Shown one piece after another: positions 48,801-58,145 of a stretch of 64,000 bases of DNA. The translations under genes and the position numbers were made by a program. The DNA lies in the NCBI GenBank assembly GCA_020348925.1, contig CP070758.1, positions 4,231,688 through 4,295,687 of the forward strand. The letters run 5' to 3'. The first letter of the stretch is position 1, and each line of letters begins with the position of its first letter. The DNA comes from Gemmatimonadota bacterium. GTDB taxonomy: Bacteria > JBHIER01 > G020348925. The notes below the pieces were generated by a model. That model saw nothing but the letters and a program-made list of their open reading frames with translations. It had not been told where the DNA came from and searched no databases.

Positions 48801-51800
48801 AACAGGCTTGGGAACCATACAGTAACGATAACTGGAACTACAACAACAAGAATATTTACACGCAAATTAACGGTACCGAGGGAAACCGGGACGATTACGA
48901 CAGGGCACAACGGCCGGACACCGAGGACATTAACGGGAAATCGTTGCTGGAAACAGAGAACGCCTTCTTCAGATATTCCTTTTCTCTGGAAGAGGACAGT
49001 CCGGATACGGTTTACGTGGCCGGCGGTGATCCGAATGTCCCATGGAGAACGAGATGGCGCCTCTACCGCATTCCGCTGGCCCAGGCATCCGATACGGTCG
49101 GAGCGGCGGATATGGAACAAATTCGGTTTGCCCGGATCTGGATCACCGGAGTCGCGCGTCCCACAACAATAAGTCTGGCCGCCATCGACATCGTCGGCAA
49201 CGACTGGTTGGAGGATGGGATCGAGCCCGCCGCCCTTGTCTCCATCGATGAAACCTTCTCCGTGGCCGTGAAGAATACACACGATAATCCTGAGCCCGAC
49301 TACATACCACCGCCCGGTGTCGAGGGTGTCAAAGACGCGGTCACCGGACTCAGGCAGATGGAGCAGTCGCTGGTGTTGATGTTTGAGAACCTCGCACCAG
49401 GCCATTCCGGCTCGGCGAGTCAGGACTACTCCACCCAGGCGAAAGATTTTACCCAATATCGAACGCTCCGCATGTACGTTCATGGCAATCTCCGCAGTTC
49501 CGCGGGGGTCGACATAGGGGTGGCTGAATTCTTCTTCCGGTTCGGGGCCGATGCCAAGAACTACTATGAGTATCACACCATGATCTACCCCGGCTGGGAT
49601 CCGCGCAATGAGGTCAACATCGAATTTGATGATCTGACGAACCTCAAGTACCAGAAGCTGGAATCCGGCAATACCGAGGGAGATACGACGGACGGTCACT
49701 TCACCGTCATGGGAAAGCCCTCTCTTTCCGCCATAAAAAAGCTTACTGCCGGTGTGAAGAGCGTCTCGTTCCATCCGGTTCAAAAGGGGATCGGCACACC
49801 CAGGAGGGAGGAGACCATCTCCGGTGAAGTGTGGATCGATGAGCTGCGGCTGTCCAATGCGAGGGACGATCCGGGACTGGCCAGTAGGCTGACAGTGAAT
49901 GCAACCCTGGCCGATTTGGGCGGAGTTACGTTCAATATGAGCAGAACGGACGCCGAGTTCCAATCCTTAGGAGCTGGCTCTCGCTCCGACGCCCAAAAGA
50001 CTGCCAAATCGGACGAGAGTATCCAGGGAAATCTCAACGCGGACAAGTTTCTGCCTGAGAAGTGGGGGATTTCTCTGCCCGTTTCAGGAAGCTACAGTAA
50101 GACGACGCAGTTGCCGAAGTTACAAAAGGGTTCCGATGTGAACCTGACCAGCGACGAACAGTGGAGGCAGCGAACCGAAAATATCAGTAAAAGTGGTCGA
50201 ATCAGCTTCAGCAAGACGAAGCCGTCGTCTTTCTGGCTGTTGGGATTAACCCTCGATCGAATGAAAGTTTCAGCTTCGGGTTCGGAGAAAGAGGGGCGTT
50301 CGACGACCAATCCCTACAGCCTGACCCGACAGTTGAGTGGCTCTTTCTCTTATAACTTACAGTCGAAGAAAGATCTGTCGCTCTCCCCCTTGGCTTGGAC
50401 CGCCTCCAAGTTTGTGCCGAAGTTCATCTCGGAGACAAAAATAACCCTCATACCATCAAACATAAGTTTTGACACGAGTATCAACCAGACGCGGACCCAG
50501 AAAGTGGACCGTCATGACATACTCACGTCAAATTTTTCGCGGAAGACGACACAAAAAGTGAACAGCAGCATGAATCCCTTCGGTTCGGTATCGGCCAATT
50601 ATTCCTTTAACAGGGGCTTTGACAGCCAGAGAGCTCAGGTGATGAGACTGAGATTTGGTCGGGAGACGGACCGAACGCAATCGCTCTCTCTAACCTATAA
50701 ACCGCCGTTTCTCAAGTGGTTGGGTCCAAACTACTCTTACCGGATCAACTATCACGAAAAGGAGAATACGAAAGTAAAACCGCAGGAGATAGATACAACT
50801 TCTACTTCTACGAGAGAGTTTGGACTGGACGCCGACAACAGTATCAGCCACTCGATTGGGGCCAGCCTGAATGTCTCGCAGTTTTTAACCTCTCTGGGCG
50901 CGCCGAAGAAGGATGAGAAAATCGGACTTCTTTCGTACAAGAGAGTACTCGGAACATTGAAGTATGTCACCGATCGTTTTCAGAGTGTCTCCGCGTCCTT
51001 TCAGAAGGATCGGAGATCGAACTGGTTCAGCTTGCTGGGACGCCCCACCTTGGACTATCAGTTCGGATTCAGTAGTGAACCTGGCATTGGGTCAGATCCC
51101 AATTTGACCGGCCAGACCCACACCAGCTCTTCAGGTCAGGGCTGGAGCGCCAAATCGGGCTTGAATCTCATGGCCGGAGTGAACGTAAGCACCAGCATCT
51201 CCTCTGACAATAAATCGACGGTCTCCTCAACCGGACGGTCGGATTCCCGGACGATGACGTTTCCCCAAGTCAGTACACGATGGGGAGACTTTGGTAAGCT
51301 CTATCTCATCAGGAACCTTGTCCAGAGTTCGAGCCTCGATTTCAGCTATACCGAGAAAAAAACCGAGGAGGGCACGGACAATTTCAAGGTGCTCCGCTCC
51401 GAGTCGGTCAACAAGAATTTTTCGCCGCTTTTCTCCTGGTCCGCCACGTGGGCCAAGAACCTGAGCTCCACCCTGACGAGCAATCGAACGGAGACGGTCA
51501 ACACCGATCATCAACGAGATACGGAAACGGTCCAGACGAACTCGTCCCTGCGGGCCTCGTTCAAATACAGCTTCAGTGCACCGCAAGGGATTACACTCCC
51601 GCTCTTCGGAAAAGTGAAATTTCAGAGTAATTTGAACGTGAATCTCGATTTCAAACTCGATAACACGAAAAACATAACAAAGAATGCGGCCAACCCGGTC
51701 ACAAAGGATGATCAAACACGATCCATCTCTCTGGGCGGAAGCTACACCTTCAGCAAGAAAGTGAAGGGCGGGCTGAAGGTCGAAATAAGTGATCGGCACG

Positions 51801-51868
51801 ACCGCAAGACAGACAAAAAAACAATGGTCCGGGACGTCGGTCTGTGGACGGAAATCCGGTTTGATTAG
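45890..51868 (+). CDS. sprA: SprA/Sov-like outer-membrane translocon of type IX secretion
   Basis: GEKIHV..D..ELENAIRINY.G.EDEIVQEIQAGNTSLSLP..GLFGIK, KNVYSLG, EGSEVV.LNGR.L, IDLG.ISED, PDTEDING, WRLYRIPL, EVWIDELRL, and a long amphipathic beta-strand C-terminus; exact start uncertain. Confidence 0.85.
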   Translation: MERYGDIPVESDKTTVSLWIPPKELFLVLLLSFFSLVSSSSWGSITVPPLNGVADRAVSLWDTAPLKPLSIAYPSVPALIVNTKGFTRDISVDPEKRIITLKETVHGLELKRPLIFELNTFVKVKSLEALPRLLREERRKALTEEQAAGTKRAGINIDIPVKFPKALSRIIGEGGGLKITGYRKINFSGRSEWTEGDVLTATHRPSKFPSLVMEQRSQFKIEGTIGEKIHVYVDQDSERMTELENAIRINYKGSEDEIVQEIQAGNTSLSLPGTQFVSFSQQNKGLFGIKASAKIGPVDLVAIASQDKGAGQRKSFQAGAESSADKIPDYRYDTSRYFFLDAMYVKNYYENYTQDWKHIAANERIDSLEVFIDDNINNDLEGRGKLADAVVNPQSDDTTTFDDIGDDENHHGYFDLLDPDEYFVQKDLGYIRLNSTITGEKTLAVRYKLVNSTTWVGTAPSDTSSDLLLKLIRPGSPRPSHDTWDLSWKNVYSLGRISEDGLDIKIYFDTAGEEDDDSQGGDKYVTIMGLDKYNNANPGTQLPDNLFDAFDRSLVNYELGELHFPQQRPFAPDTALFGIPLNTPVPEIYDESNTTLRQQATKYYIAVESQTRKTSYSLGINIIEGSEVVKLNGRALQRNKDYNIIYEVGQITFLTDEAMDPSADITVDYEYAPFFMPEKKTLLGFRADYSFWEDASWGATFLYRSESTIDRRIRLGQEPSRAIVWDSDIHLNFEPQILTDMVDALPFVRTNAPSALKIDGEVAQSLPNSNTKGDAYVDDFDGSKNTTSLGVMRGHWTLASPPSSDDPVRGQYSIWSRWQSFYWYNPYTQVSVTDIWPEKEVLGRENKTHVLTLEFTPKSDPIYNPNPANSWAGVMRALSQGNYNQSLNKYLEVWVQGSSGQVNIDLGLISEDVIPNGKLDSEDIGADTGVGDGILDKDPDEDVGMDGMADGDPRAVAAGGDFWDIDSIGSKQAWEPYSNDNWNYNNKNIYTQINGTEGNRDDYDRAQRPDTEDINGKSLLETENAFFRYSFSLEEDSPDTVYVAGGDPNVPWRTRWRLYRIPLAQASDTVGAADMEQIRFARIWITGVARPTTISLAAIDIVGNDWLEDGIEPAALVSIDETFSVAVKNTHDNPEPDYIPPPGVEGVKDAVTGLRQMEQSLVLMFENLAPGHSGSASQDYSTQAKDFTQYRTLRMYVHGNLRSSAGVDIGVAEFFFRFGADAKNYYEYHTMIYPGWDPRNEVNIEFDDLTNLKYQKLESGNTEGDTTDGHFTVMGKPSLSAIKKLTAGVKSVSFHPVQKGIGTPRREETISGEVWIDELRLSNARDDPGLASRLTVNATLADLGGVTFNMSRTDAEFQSLGAGSRSDAQKTAKSDESIQGNLNADKFLPEKWGISLPVSGSYSKTTQLPKLQKGSDVNLTSDEQWRQRTENISKSGRISFSKTKPSSFWLLGLTLDRMKVSASGSEKEGRSTTNPYSLTRQLSGSFSYNLQSKKDLSLSPLAWTASKFVPKFISETKITLIPSNISFDTSINQTRTQKVDRHDILTSNFSRKTTQKVNSSMNPFGSVSANYSFNRGFDSQRAQVMRLRFGRETDRTQSLSLTYKPPFLKWLGPNYSYRINYHEKENTKVKPQEIDTTSTSTREFGLDADNSISHSIGASLNVSQFLTSLGAPKKDEKIGLLSYKRVLGTLKYVTDRFQSVSASFQKDRRSNWFSLLGRPTLDYQFGFSSEPGIGSDPNLTGQTHTSSSGQGWSAKSGLNLMAGVNVSTSISSDNKSTVSSTGRSDSRTMTFPQVSTRWGDFGKLYLIRNLVQSSSLDFSYTEKKTEEGTDNFKVLRSESVNKNFSPLFSWSATWAKNLSSTLTSNRTETVNTDHQRDTETVQTNSSLRASFKYSFSAPQGITLPLFGKVKFQSNLNVNLDFKLDNTKNITKNAANPVTKDDQTRSISLGGSYTFSKKVKGGLKVEISDRHDRKTDKKTMVRDVGLWTEIRFD

Positions 51869-52028
51869 GAAAGAGATACGAAAACAGTTCATCGGCCGAA
51901 CAATCAATCGCAATTTTGTTGTTGCCAGATGTCAGATGGTACCATGCGAAGCACCTTCAAGGGGTGAACGGTTTCTCCAACAGTTCCCATGATATTATAC
52001 AAAAAAAAGTAATTTTACGAGTTACAGC

Positions 52029-52436
52029 ATGTCTTTTTTCAGTTTTACCCGTCAGGAACAGATCGTGATCCTCTTTCTCGCGTCTGCCTTGATCGTCGGT
52101 GGCATCGTAACGCTCATCAAACGTCACCACCCCGCAAGTGCACCTGAACTCATGCTGGAGGAATACGGGGAACCGTCTGATCTCGATACGATCCACACAG
52201 GGGGGGACCGGCAGCCACGCTCTCCGGAGAAACCCCTGGAGGGAAAAGTGGACATCAATACCGCGACGATCGAAGATTTCATGCGATTGCCGGGGATTGG
52301 TCCTAAAACAGCCCGCGCAATTATGGCTTATCGAAAGGAACACGGTAAGTTTCAAGCGTTGGAGGATTTGTTACAGGTAAGGGGTATTGGTGAGAAGACC
52401 TTCGAACGATTGAAGCCGCTTTTAAAAATTGAATGA
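52029..52436 (+). CDS. comEA: ComEA-like helix-hairpin-helix DNA-binding protein
   Basis: N-terminal TM segment; KVDINTAT.EDF..LPGIGPKTA.AI..YR..HG.F...EDLL.VRGIGEKT. Confidence 0.92.
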   Translation: MSFFSFTRQEQIVILFLASALIVGGIVTLIKRHHPASAPELMLEEYGEPSDLDTIHTGGDRQPRSPEKPLEGKVDINTATIEDFMRLPGIGPKTARAIMAYRKEHGKFQALEDLLQVRGIGEKTFERLKPLLKIE

Positions 52437-52451
52437 CGTCAAACATTTTTG

Positions 52452-52480
52452 TTGACATTATTGTCGAGATGAAGTATTTT
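52452..52480 (+). promoter_or_regulatory. sigma70-type promoter for the pilin gene
   Basis: TTGACA-N17-TATTTT. Confidence 0.6.
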
Positions 52481-52547
52481 AACGAATCGCGCTTTGAAGA
52501 ATCGTAACAACGGGAGATACAGGAACTTTTTTTAAGGAGGAATCATA

Positions 52548-52928
52548 GTGCGGCCAAAACGTGAAAGTGGATTGATTCTTATTGACCTCTTGATCATTAT
52601 TTTGATTGCAGGGATTATTGCAGCTATTGTGGTTCCTCAGTATGCACTAAAAAAGGAAGAGAAGCGAAAAGAGCTCTCACGACAGCACATGATTGCGTTG
52701 GCTGATGCTCAGGATAGATATTTTGAAGAACACGGAAAGTTCGCCCCAGACATTGAGGAACTTTCTCTTGCAGCCCCTGAAGTGAACGCACTCGTTGGTC
52801 CTGAAGGTGAAGAGTACATTTTTGAACAGCCGGATTCCCTCTCATTCGTGATTACCAGTTCCTTGGGGTACGGTGAAGTCCGGGCGGATACTACCGAAAG
52901 AAAGGTGGACTGGGAAAAACAACAGTAG
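52548..52928 (+). CDS. Type IV pilin-like protein
   Basis: Basic leader RPKRESG, then hydrophobic LILIDLLIIILIAGIIAAIVVPQY (class III signal); AQDRYF...G.F....EL pattern; aaggagg RBS with GTG start. Confidence 0.75.
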   Translation: MRPKRESGLILIDLLIIILIAGIIAAIVVPQYALKKEEKRKELSRQHMIALADAQDRYFEEHGKFAPDIEELSLAAPEVNALVGPEGEEYIFEQPDSLSFVITSSLGYGEVRADTTERKVDWEKQQ

Positions 52929-53145
52929 CCGCAAAAAATGAGACGGGGAGAGGCAAGGGGAGCCGTTGAAACAGCCGGAAACCGGAAAAGGAACTCCTGC
53001 GAGAAAAAGAGACCGCAGAAATAGCGGAACCAACGGCAAGAGATACACACTGAGACAAGAGATCGTAAACTAATTTCGCCATTTTAAAAACCCATTTCTC
53101 AAAACTTTTATTTCACTCATCCGCGCGACCCTTTGGAGTCTGCCA

Positions 53146-54072
53146 ATGAAAAAAGGGCGTCGAAGCACAATAGCGCTTGGAATCCACTTTGGGGCGCACT
53201 CCGTTCGTCTTGTTGCACTAGAACGTACTCGTAAGGGGATTCAGTTGAAACATTGCTGTGAACGCTCTTTTCCCAATGATTTGCGTTTCGCGGGAACGTT
53301 CGATCCTCTCGTGAAAAACGCGAGCATTCAAATCCTTCAATCCATGCTGTCAGAGATTCGTATGAGGAGCGAAAATGGCACAGTCGGTCTTGACAGCAGA
53401 AACGTCATTCTGAGGAGAATTCCCGTCGATTCGTGGTTGGAAGATGATGAACTTCAGAACCAGGTGCTGTGGGAAGCAGAACAGTTACTCGTCGATCCCC
53501 TTGAACATTACGTTCTTGATTTTCACATCCAGGATGTCTCCGAGACGATGAGGGAGGTCCTTCTGGCCATCGCGCGAAGGAAAACGATCGAGGAGTACAC
53601 AGAAATTGTGCGAAAATCGGGAATATATCCTGTGTGCGTCGACGTCGATCTCTTTGCTTTGGGCAATGCCTATGAATATCTCTCAGGAAATCGTTCGAAC
53701 GGAGCCGTCGCCCTGATGGACGTTGAACCTGATACCGTTCGCTGTGTCATCGTGCGGAACGGATTTTTTTACTCTGGCAGACTTTACGAGAAGTCTTCGA
53801 AAGCCTGTGATCCTGAAGAGCTGTTGGACACCGTCATACCCCGGGGTGGAGAAACTCTGCCATTGACGAGGATTGTGTTGAGTGGCAGCGAGACGTTTTC
53901 CGAGGAACGGCTCTCAGATTTGTCCGCCAGATGTCACTGTCCGATTGAAATAGCCAATCCGTCTCGAAAAATGAAAATCGGTTCGGCGTTCAGCCGTCAG
54001 CATCTCCAAAAACAAACCTCCTCTTGCGTAATAAGCCTGGGATTGGCTTTGAGAGGTATTACCGAACCATGA
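53146..54072 (+). CDS. pilM: PilM-like type IV pilus alignment protein (divergent)
   Basis: LGIHFGAHSVRLV, VILRRI..L...V.WEAEQ, YVLDF, VLLAIAR, VDVDLFALGNAY and C-terminal EIANP..SLGLALRG. Confidence 0.75.
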   Translation: MKKGRRSTIALGIHFGAHSVRLVALERTRKGIQLKHCCERSFPNDLRFAGTFDPLVKNASIQILQSMLSEIRMRSENGTVGLDSRNVILRRIPVDSWLEDDELQNQVLWEAEQLLVDPLEHYVLDFHIQDVSETMREVLLAIARRKTIEEYTEIVRKSGIYPVCVDVDLFALGNAYEYLSGNRSNGAVALMDVEPDTVRCVIVRNGFFYSGRLYEKSSKACDPEELLDTVIPRGGETLPLTRIVLSGSETFSEERLSDLSARCHCPIEIANPSRKMKIGSAFSRQHLQKQTSSCVISLGLALRGITEP

Positions 54073-54224
54073 TTCGAATCAATTTTCTTAAGAATTCGAA
54101 GCCGAAAGCCGAGAACCAGCATCGAGCACCGAGGATGACGTTTGGACTTGTACTTATTCTGATAACTGTATTTTTTATGACTATGATGTTCCTCGTGCTC
54201 ATGCTGAAATCGTATTGGTCATGA
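54069..54224 (+). CDS. Miniature or truncated PilN-like peptide (51 aa)
   Basis: ATGA overlap with the pilM stop; MIRINFLK (PilN INLL-like motif) plus one TM helix, then stop. Confidence 0.55.
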   Translation: MIRINFLKNSKPKAENQHRAPRMTFGLVLILITVFFMTMMFLVLMLKSYWS

Positions 54225-54365
54225 GAGGATCATTGGCCGTGATCTCACCTCATCACCACCTTCTTTTGAGTTCCGCAATCGGTTCGTTTTCAGAGGTGCG
54301 CCGGCACGTCTCAAGTGAGGCAAGCCCTCAGTGTGACGGGCCAGAAGGCGTACGCAGAGAGAAGC

Positions 54366-54929
54366 ATGCGTGTTATAACGGGAAAAGCTAAGGGACTCAG
54401 GCTCAAAACGTTAAAAGGTTCGAACAAACGCCCCACGACCGATCGCGTGAAAGAAAGCATCTTTTCGGTGATTGGTGAAAAAGTGTACGAAGCTGATGTG
54501 TTGGACCTGTTTGCAGGAACCGGCAATCTGGGCATAGAGGCCTTGAGCCGTGGTGCTCGGACGGCCCTCTTTATCGACAACGACCACAGAGCCACAAGGA
54601 TCATTGAGGAAAACCTGGAGCTAACGCGCTTTCGGAGCAAGAGTGAAATATGGACGTCTGACGTCTTCACTGCACTTCTGCGGCTCCGCACCGTTTCACG
54701 GGCATTCGATGTGATCTTCGCCGATCCACCCTACGAGAAAGGGTTTGGAACGAAGACGCTCGTCCTTCTCGAAGAGAATGGTCTTCTCAATACAGGGGGG
54801 ATATGTATCCTGGAACATCCCATCAGGGAGGAAATCCGTATCGCCAGCAACCGTATGAAGCTCATGACTCACAAATTGTACGGTCAAACAGCGGTCCACT
54901 TCTTTCAAGACATCGATACAGAGGAGTAA
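54366..54929 (+). CDS. rsmD: 16S rRNA m2G966 methyltransferase RsmD
   Basis: MRVITGKAKG, RPTTDRVKESIF, VLDLFAGTGNLGIEALSRGA and FADPPY. Confidence 0.95.
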   Translation: MRVITGKAKGLRLKTLKGSNKRPTTDRVKESIFSVIGEKVYEADVLDLFAGTGNLGIEALSRGARTALFIDNDHRATRIIEENLELTRFRSKSEIWTSDVFTALLRLRTVSRAFDVIFADPPYEKGFGTKTLVLLEENGLLNTGGICILEHPIREEIRIASNRMKLMTHKLYGQTAVHFFQDIDTEE

Positions 54930-54932
54930 AAA

Positions 54933-55424
54933 ATGCAGACGGCTCTTTATCCCGGAACTTTTGACCCCATGACACATGGTCATCTCGACATCATGGAACG
55001 TGCCCTTCGACTCTTCGACAGTTTGATTGTCGCTGTGGCGGTGAACCCATACAAGCACCCACTCTTCACCGTTGAGGAGCGCGTGGAGATGATACAGGAA
55101 GAAACCGAGAGCTGGGAGCGCATTCGCGTTGAACCCTTCGATGGTCTTCTGATCGAATATGCCCACAACATGGGAGCACAATCGATCATTCGGGGACTTC
55201 GGGCCGTGTCCGATTTCGAGTACGAGTTTCAAATGGCCCTCACGAATCGAAGCCTTGACTCGAGCATCGAAACGGTCTTCCTCATGCCCAGCGAGCAATA
55301 CACCTATCTCAATTCGACAATTGTGAAAGAGATTGCCCATCTCGGTGGCAACGTCAGCCAGTTTGTACCGAAAGGGGTCGAGAGACGTTTGAGAGAGAAA
55401 TTGCCGCAGCCGGAACACGAGTGA
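54933..55424 (+). CDS. coaD: Phosphopantetheine adenylyltransferase
   Basis: [32 protein letters not shown] and STIVKEIA; usual position after rsmD. Confidence 0.97.
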   Translation: MQTALYPGTFDPMTHGHLDIMERALRLFDSLIVAVAVNPYKHPLFTVEERVEMIQEETESWERIRVEPFDGLLIEYAHNMGAQSIIRGLRAVSDFEYEFQMALTNRSLDSSIETVFLMPSEQYTYLNSTIVKEIAHLGGNVSQFVPKGVERRLREKLPQPEHE

Positions 55425-55751
55425 ACGAACACCGACTGCAGGCCGGTAGTATTTTGATGCGGCTTCCTGCCGAGTGAGATAAAGAGTGCTTGCGACGCGC
55501 GGTCAAGGTCAGGAAACCCTTATCGTTTCGCGCTGAAGTGGCCGGCGTCGTTTTGGAGAGGCCCGCATTCGCAGGAACGGGTTCGGCGACGACGAGCCGA
55601 AACCACGAAAGAGACGTCCGGAACAGCGGGTTCACCGACCGACACACTTTCAAGGAGATTCAACGCTCGAGAGTGATCCGCACTCATTTTCCTCCTTGAG
55701 AAAGCGATCGAAGTCCGGCGTGATTGTACAGCGCGTCTTTCGAAAAAGTCA

Positions 55752-55780
55752 TTGACTTTAAAGCTCCTTTTTCATAAACT
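55752..55780 (+). promoter_or_regulatory. sigma70-type promoter
   Basis: TTGACT-N17-TAAACT upstream of the acyl-CoA synthetase. Confidence 0.55.
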
Positions 55781-55840
55781 TTTATTCTCATGTACTGCTC
55801 ATTTTTCATGCGATTCTTTTAATACGGAGGTTTTTGACTT

Positions 55841-57985
55841 ATGGGGGGTTGTACGAATAGAGACGAACCAAAGATCATGAAAACTTTCTTCTCTCCGAGG
55901 TCCGTAGCGGTCGTAGGTGCTTCCACACGGCCTGATAGTGTGGGGAGGGCTATCTTTTCCAATTTATTGTTCAGCGGCTACACCGGCATTGTCTATCCTG
56001 TCAATCCGAAAGCTCACGGTATATTGGGAGTGCGGGCATACCATTCTGTCTGGGACATCCCCGGCGGAGTCGATCTGGCTGTCATCATCGTCCCCAGCAC
56101 GGCTGTGCCCGGTGTCTTGGAGGAATGCGGCGAGAAGGGTGTCAAAGGTGCTGTCGTCATCACGGCCGGTTTCAAAGAAGTCGGCCAGCAGGGATTGGAG
56201 TTGGAGAGACAAGTCAAGGACGTAACCACGAAATGCGGCATCTCTCTCATCGGTCCCAACTGTTTGGGGATCATTAACACCGATCCCGAATTTTCCCTCA
56301 ATGCCACGTTTGCGCGATCCATGCCCCGGGTGGGCAACATCGCCTTTATCTCCCAGAGCGGAGCTCTCGGGGTCGCGGCCCTCGAATACGCCCACGAGCA
56401 AAACATCGGCCTATCGAAATTCGTCTCCATGGGCAATAAGGCCGATGTGACTGAGAACGATCTTCTCACGGGCTTGAAAGACGACCCTCAGACCGACGTT
56501 ATTTTGCTCTATCTTGAGGATTTATCCGACCCGAAGACATTTATTGAACAGGCCAAGCAAATTACGGGTGATGCCCAGCACAAAAAGCCAATTCTGGCCA
56601 TTAAATCAGGAAGGACAGCCGAAGGGGCCAAGGCCGCTTCGTCGCACACCGGGGCCTTGGCCAGTTCCGATGAAGCCTACGACGCTGTCTTTATCGAATC
56701 GGGCGTTCTTCGGGTCGAGACCCTGGAGGAGCTCTTCGATTATGCCCAGGCCTTTGCCAGCCAACCATTGCCCAAGAGCAACCGCATTGCTATTGTCACG
56801 AATGCCGGTGGTCCCGGCATTATGGCCACGGATGCCTGCATTCGATACGGATTGAAGCTGGCCGAGTTTGAGGAAGAGACCACTGACAAGTTGAGAACAG
56901 GACTTCCACGCACGGCCAATATCAATAATCCGGTCGACATCATCGGAGACGCCAAGGAGGATCGCTACGAGCTGGCCCTGAGGAGCGTTCTTGAAGACGA
57001 GAATGTGGACGGCGTTATTGCCATCAGCACGCCTCAGATGATGACCGATTTGGAAGCCGTGGCGAAAACCATCGTAGATACGGCCTCCACCTATGAAAAA
57101 CCGATGTTGACGTGTTTCATGGCGACAGAGGATATCTCCGAAACATTGCGCATTCTTGATGAAAAGAGGGTCCCCCATTACCTGTTTCCTGAGGCGGCTG
57201 CCCGAGCCATGGCCAATATGGCCGAATACGCCTGGTGGATCCAGCGACCCCGCACCGATGTCCGGACGTTCAACGATATACACAAGGATCAGGCCAAACG
57301 AGTCCTCCATAGGGTCAAGAAGGAAGGTCGCTCTTTTCTGCCAGAGCCAGAGGCGCACGATGTTCTGGAGGCATACGGCTTTCCGGTTCTGGAATCTCGA
57401 CTCGTAAAAAGTGTTGAGGAGGGGGTCACCGCGGCTGAACGGATTGGGTTTCCTGTTGTGTTGAAAATCGTTTCCCCGGACATTGTCCACAAAGTGGACG
57501 TCGGTGGCGTCAAGGTCAATATTCAGACCAAAGCCGAGTTGCGACGAGCCTACAAGGATCTTCTGGAGAACGTGAAGAGGGAGAAACCGGATGCCGATAT
57601 CTGGGGCGTTTTTGTCCAGAAAATGGCCGCAAAGGGGAAGGAAGCCATCATCGGTATGAATCGAGACCCTCACTTCGGTCCGATTCTACTTTTTGGATTG
57701 GGCGGTATTTATGTGGAGCTGTTTAAAGATGTCAGTTTCCGGATTGCACCTCTGCGGGAACTTGGCGCCCGCCGCATGATACGCCAGATCCGCGGGTACA
57801 AGATGTTCGAGGGGTTCCGGGGCGAGCCCCCGTCGGATACAGAAGCCATTGCCGAGTGTCTCCAGCGGTTATCACAATTGGTGATGGACTGTGAAGAGAT
57901 CGATGAGTTGGACATCAACCCTTTGATTGTCTATAATAAGGGTGATGGAGCGATGGTCGTCGACGCGCGAATATTGATCAGATGA
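55841..57985 (+). CDS. ADP-forming acetate/acyl-CoA ligase, fused alpha-beta
   Basis: PRSVAVVGAS, GPNCLG, SQSGA, SMGNKADV, ASSHTGAL (phospho-His), NAGGPG, and an ATP-grasp with KIVSPDIVHKVDVGGV, FGP..LFGLGG, LDINPL; start may be 55877. Confidence 0.92.
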   Translation: MGGCTNRDEPKIMKTFFSPRSVAVVGASTRPDSVGRAIFSNLLFSGYTGIVYPVNPKAHGILGVRAYHSVWDIPGGVDLAVIIVPSTAVPGVLEECGEKGVKGAVVITAGFKEVGQQGLELERQVKDVTTKCGISLIGPNCLGIINTDPEFSLNATFARSMPRVGNIAFISQSGALGVAALEYAHEQNIGLSKFVSMGNKADVTENDLLTGLKDDPQTDVILLYLEDLSDPKTFIEQAKQITGDAQHKKPILAIKSGRTAEGAKAASSHTGALASSDEAYDAVFIESGVLRVETLEELFDYAQAFASQPLPKSNRIAIVTNAGGPGIMATDACIRYGLKLAEFEEETTDKLRTGLPRTANINNPVDIIGDAKEDRYELALRSVLEDENVDGVIAISTPQMMTDLEAVAKTIVDTASTYEKPMLTCFMATEDISETLRILDEKRVPHYLFPEAAARAMANMAEYAWWIQRPRTDVRTFNDIHKDQAKRVLHRVKKEGRSFLPEPEAHDVLEAYGFPVLESRLVKSVEEGVTAAERIGFPVVLKIVSPDIVHKVDVGGVKVNIQTKAELRRAYKDLLENVKREKPDADIWGVFVQKMAAKGKEAIIGMNRDPHFGPILLFGLGGIYVELFKDVSFRIAPLRELGARRMIRQIRGYKMFEGFRGEPPSDTEAIAECLQRLSQLVMDCEEIDELDINPLIVYNKGDGAMVVDARILIR

Positions 57986-58145
57986 AGCTCCTTCGTGCTT
58001 CTGTTCTCCGGTTGTCGCCCAATATGTAGAGGAAGTTATTTTCACATTTTGATTTCGTCTCGCCACTACGAATCCTTCCGTTTGAGAAAGAAAGAACTGA
58101 GACGCTTTCAGGAAGGCCGTTCGACTGCTTCCAAAGGAGGTCCTT

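Noticed and set aside
48464-49963. 499-aa minus-strand ORF
   Set aside because: Antisense shadow within sprA.
55520-55687. 55-aa minus-strand ORF (MSADHSRALN...) after ggagg
   Set aside because: RBS spacing is only 3 nt and there is no recognisable motif, so it cannot be supported.
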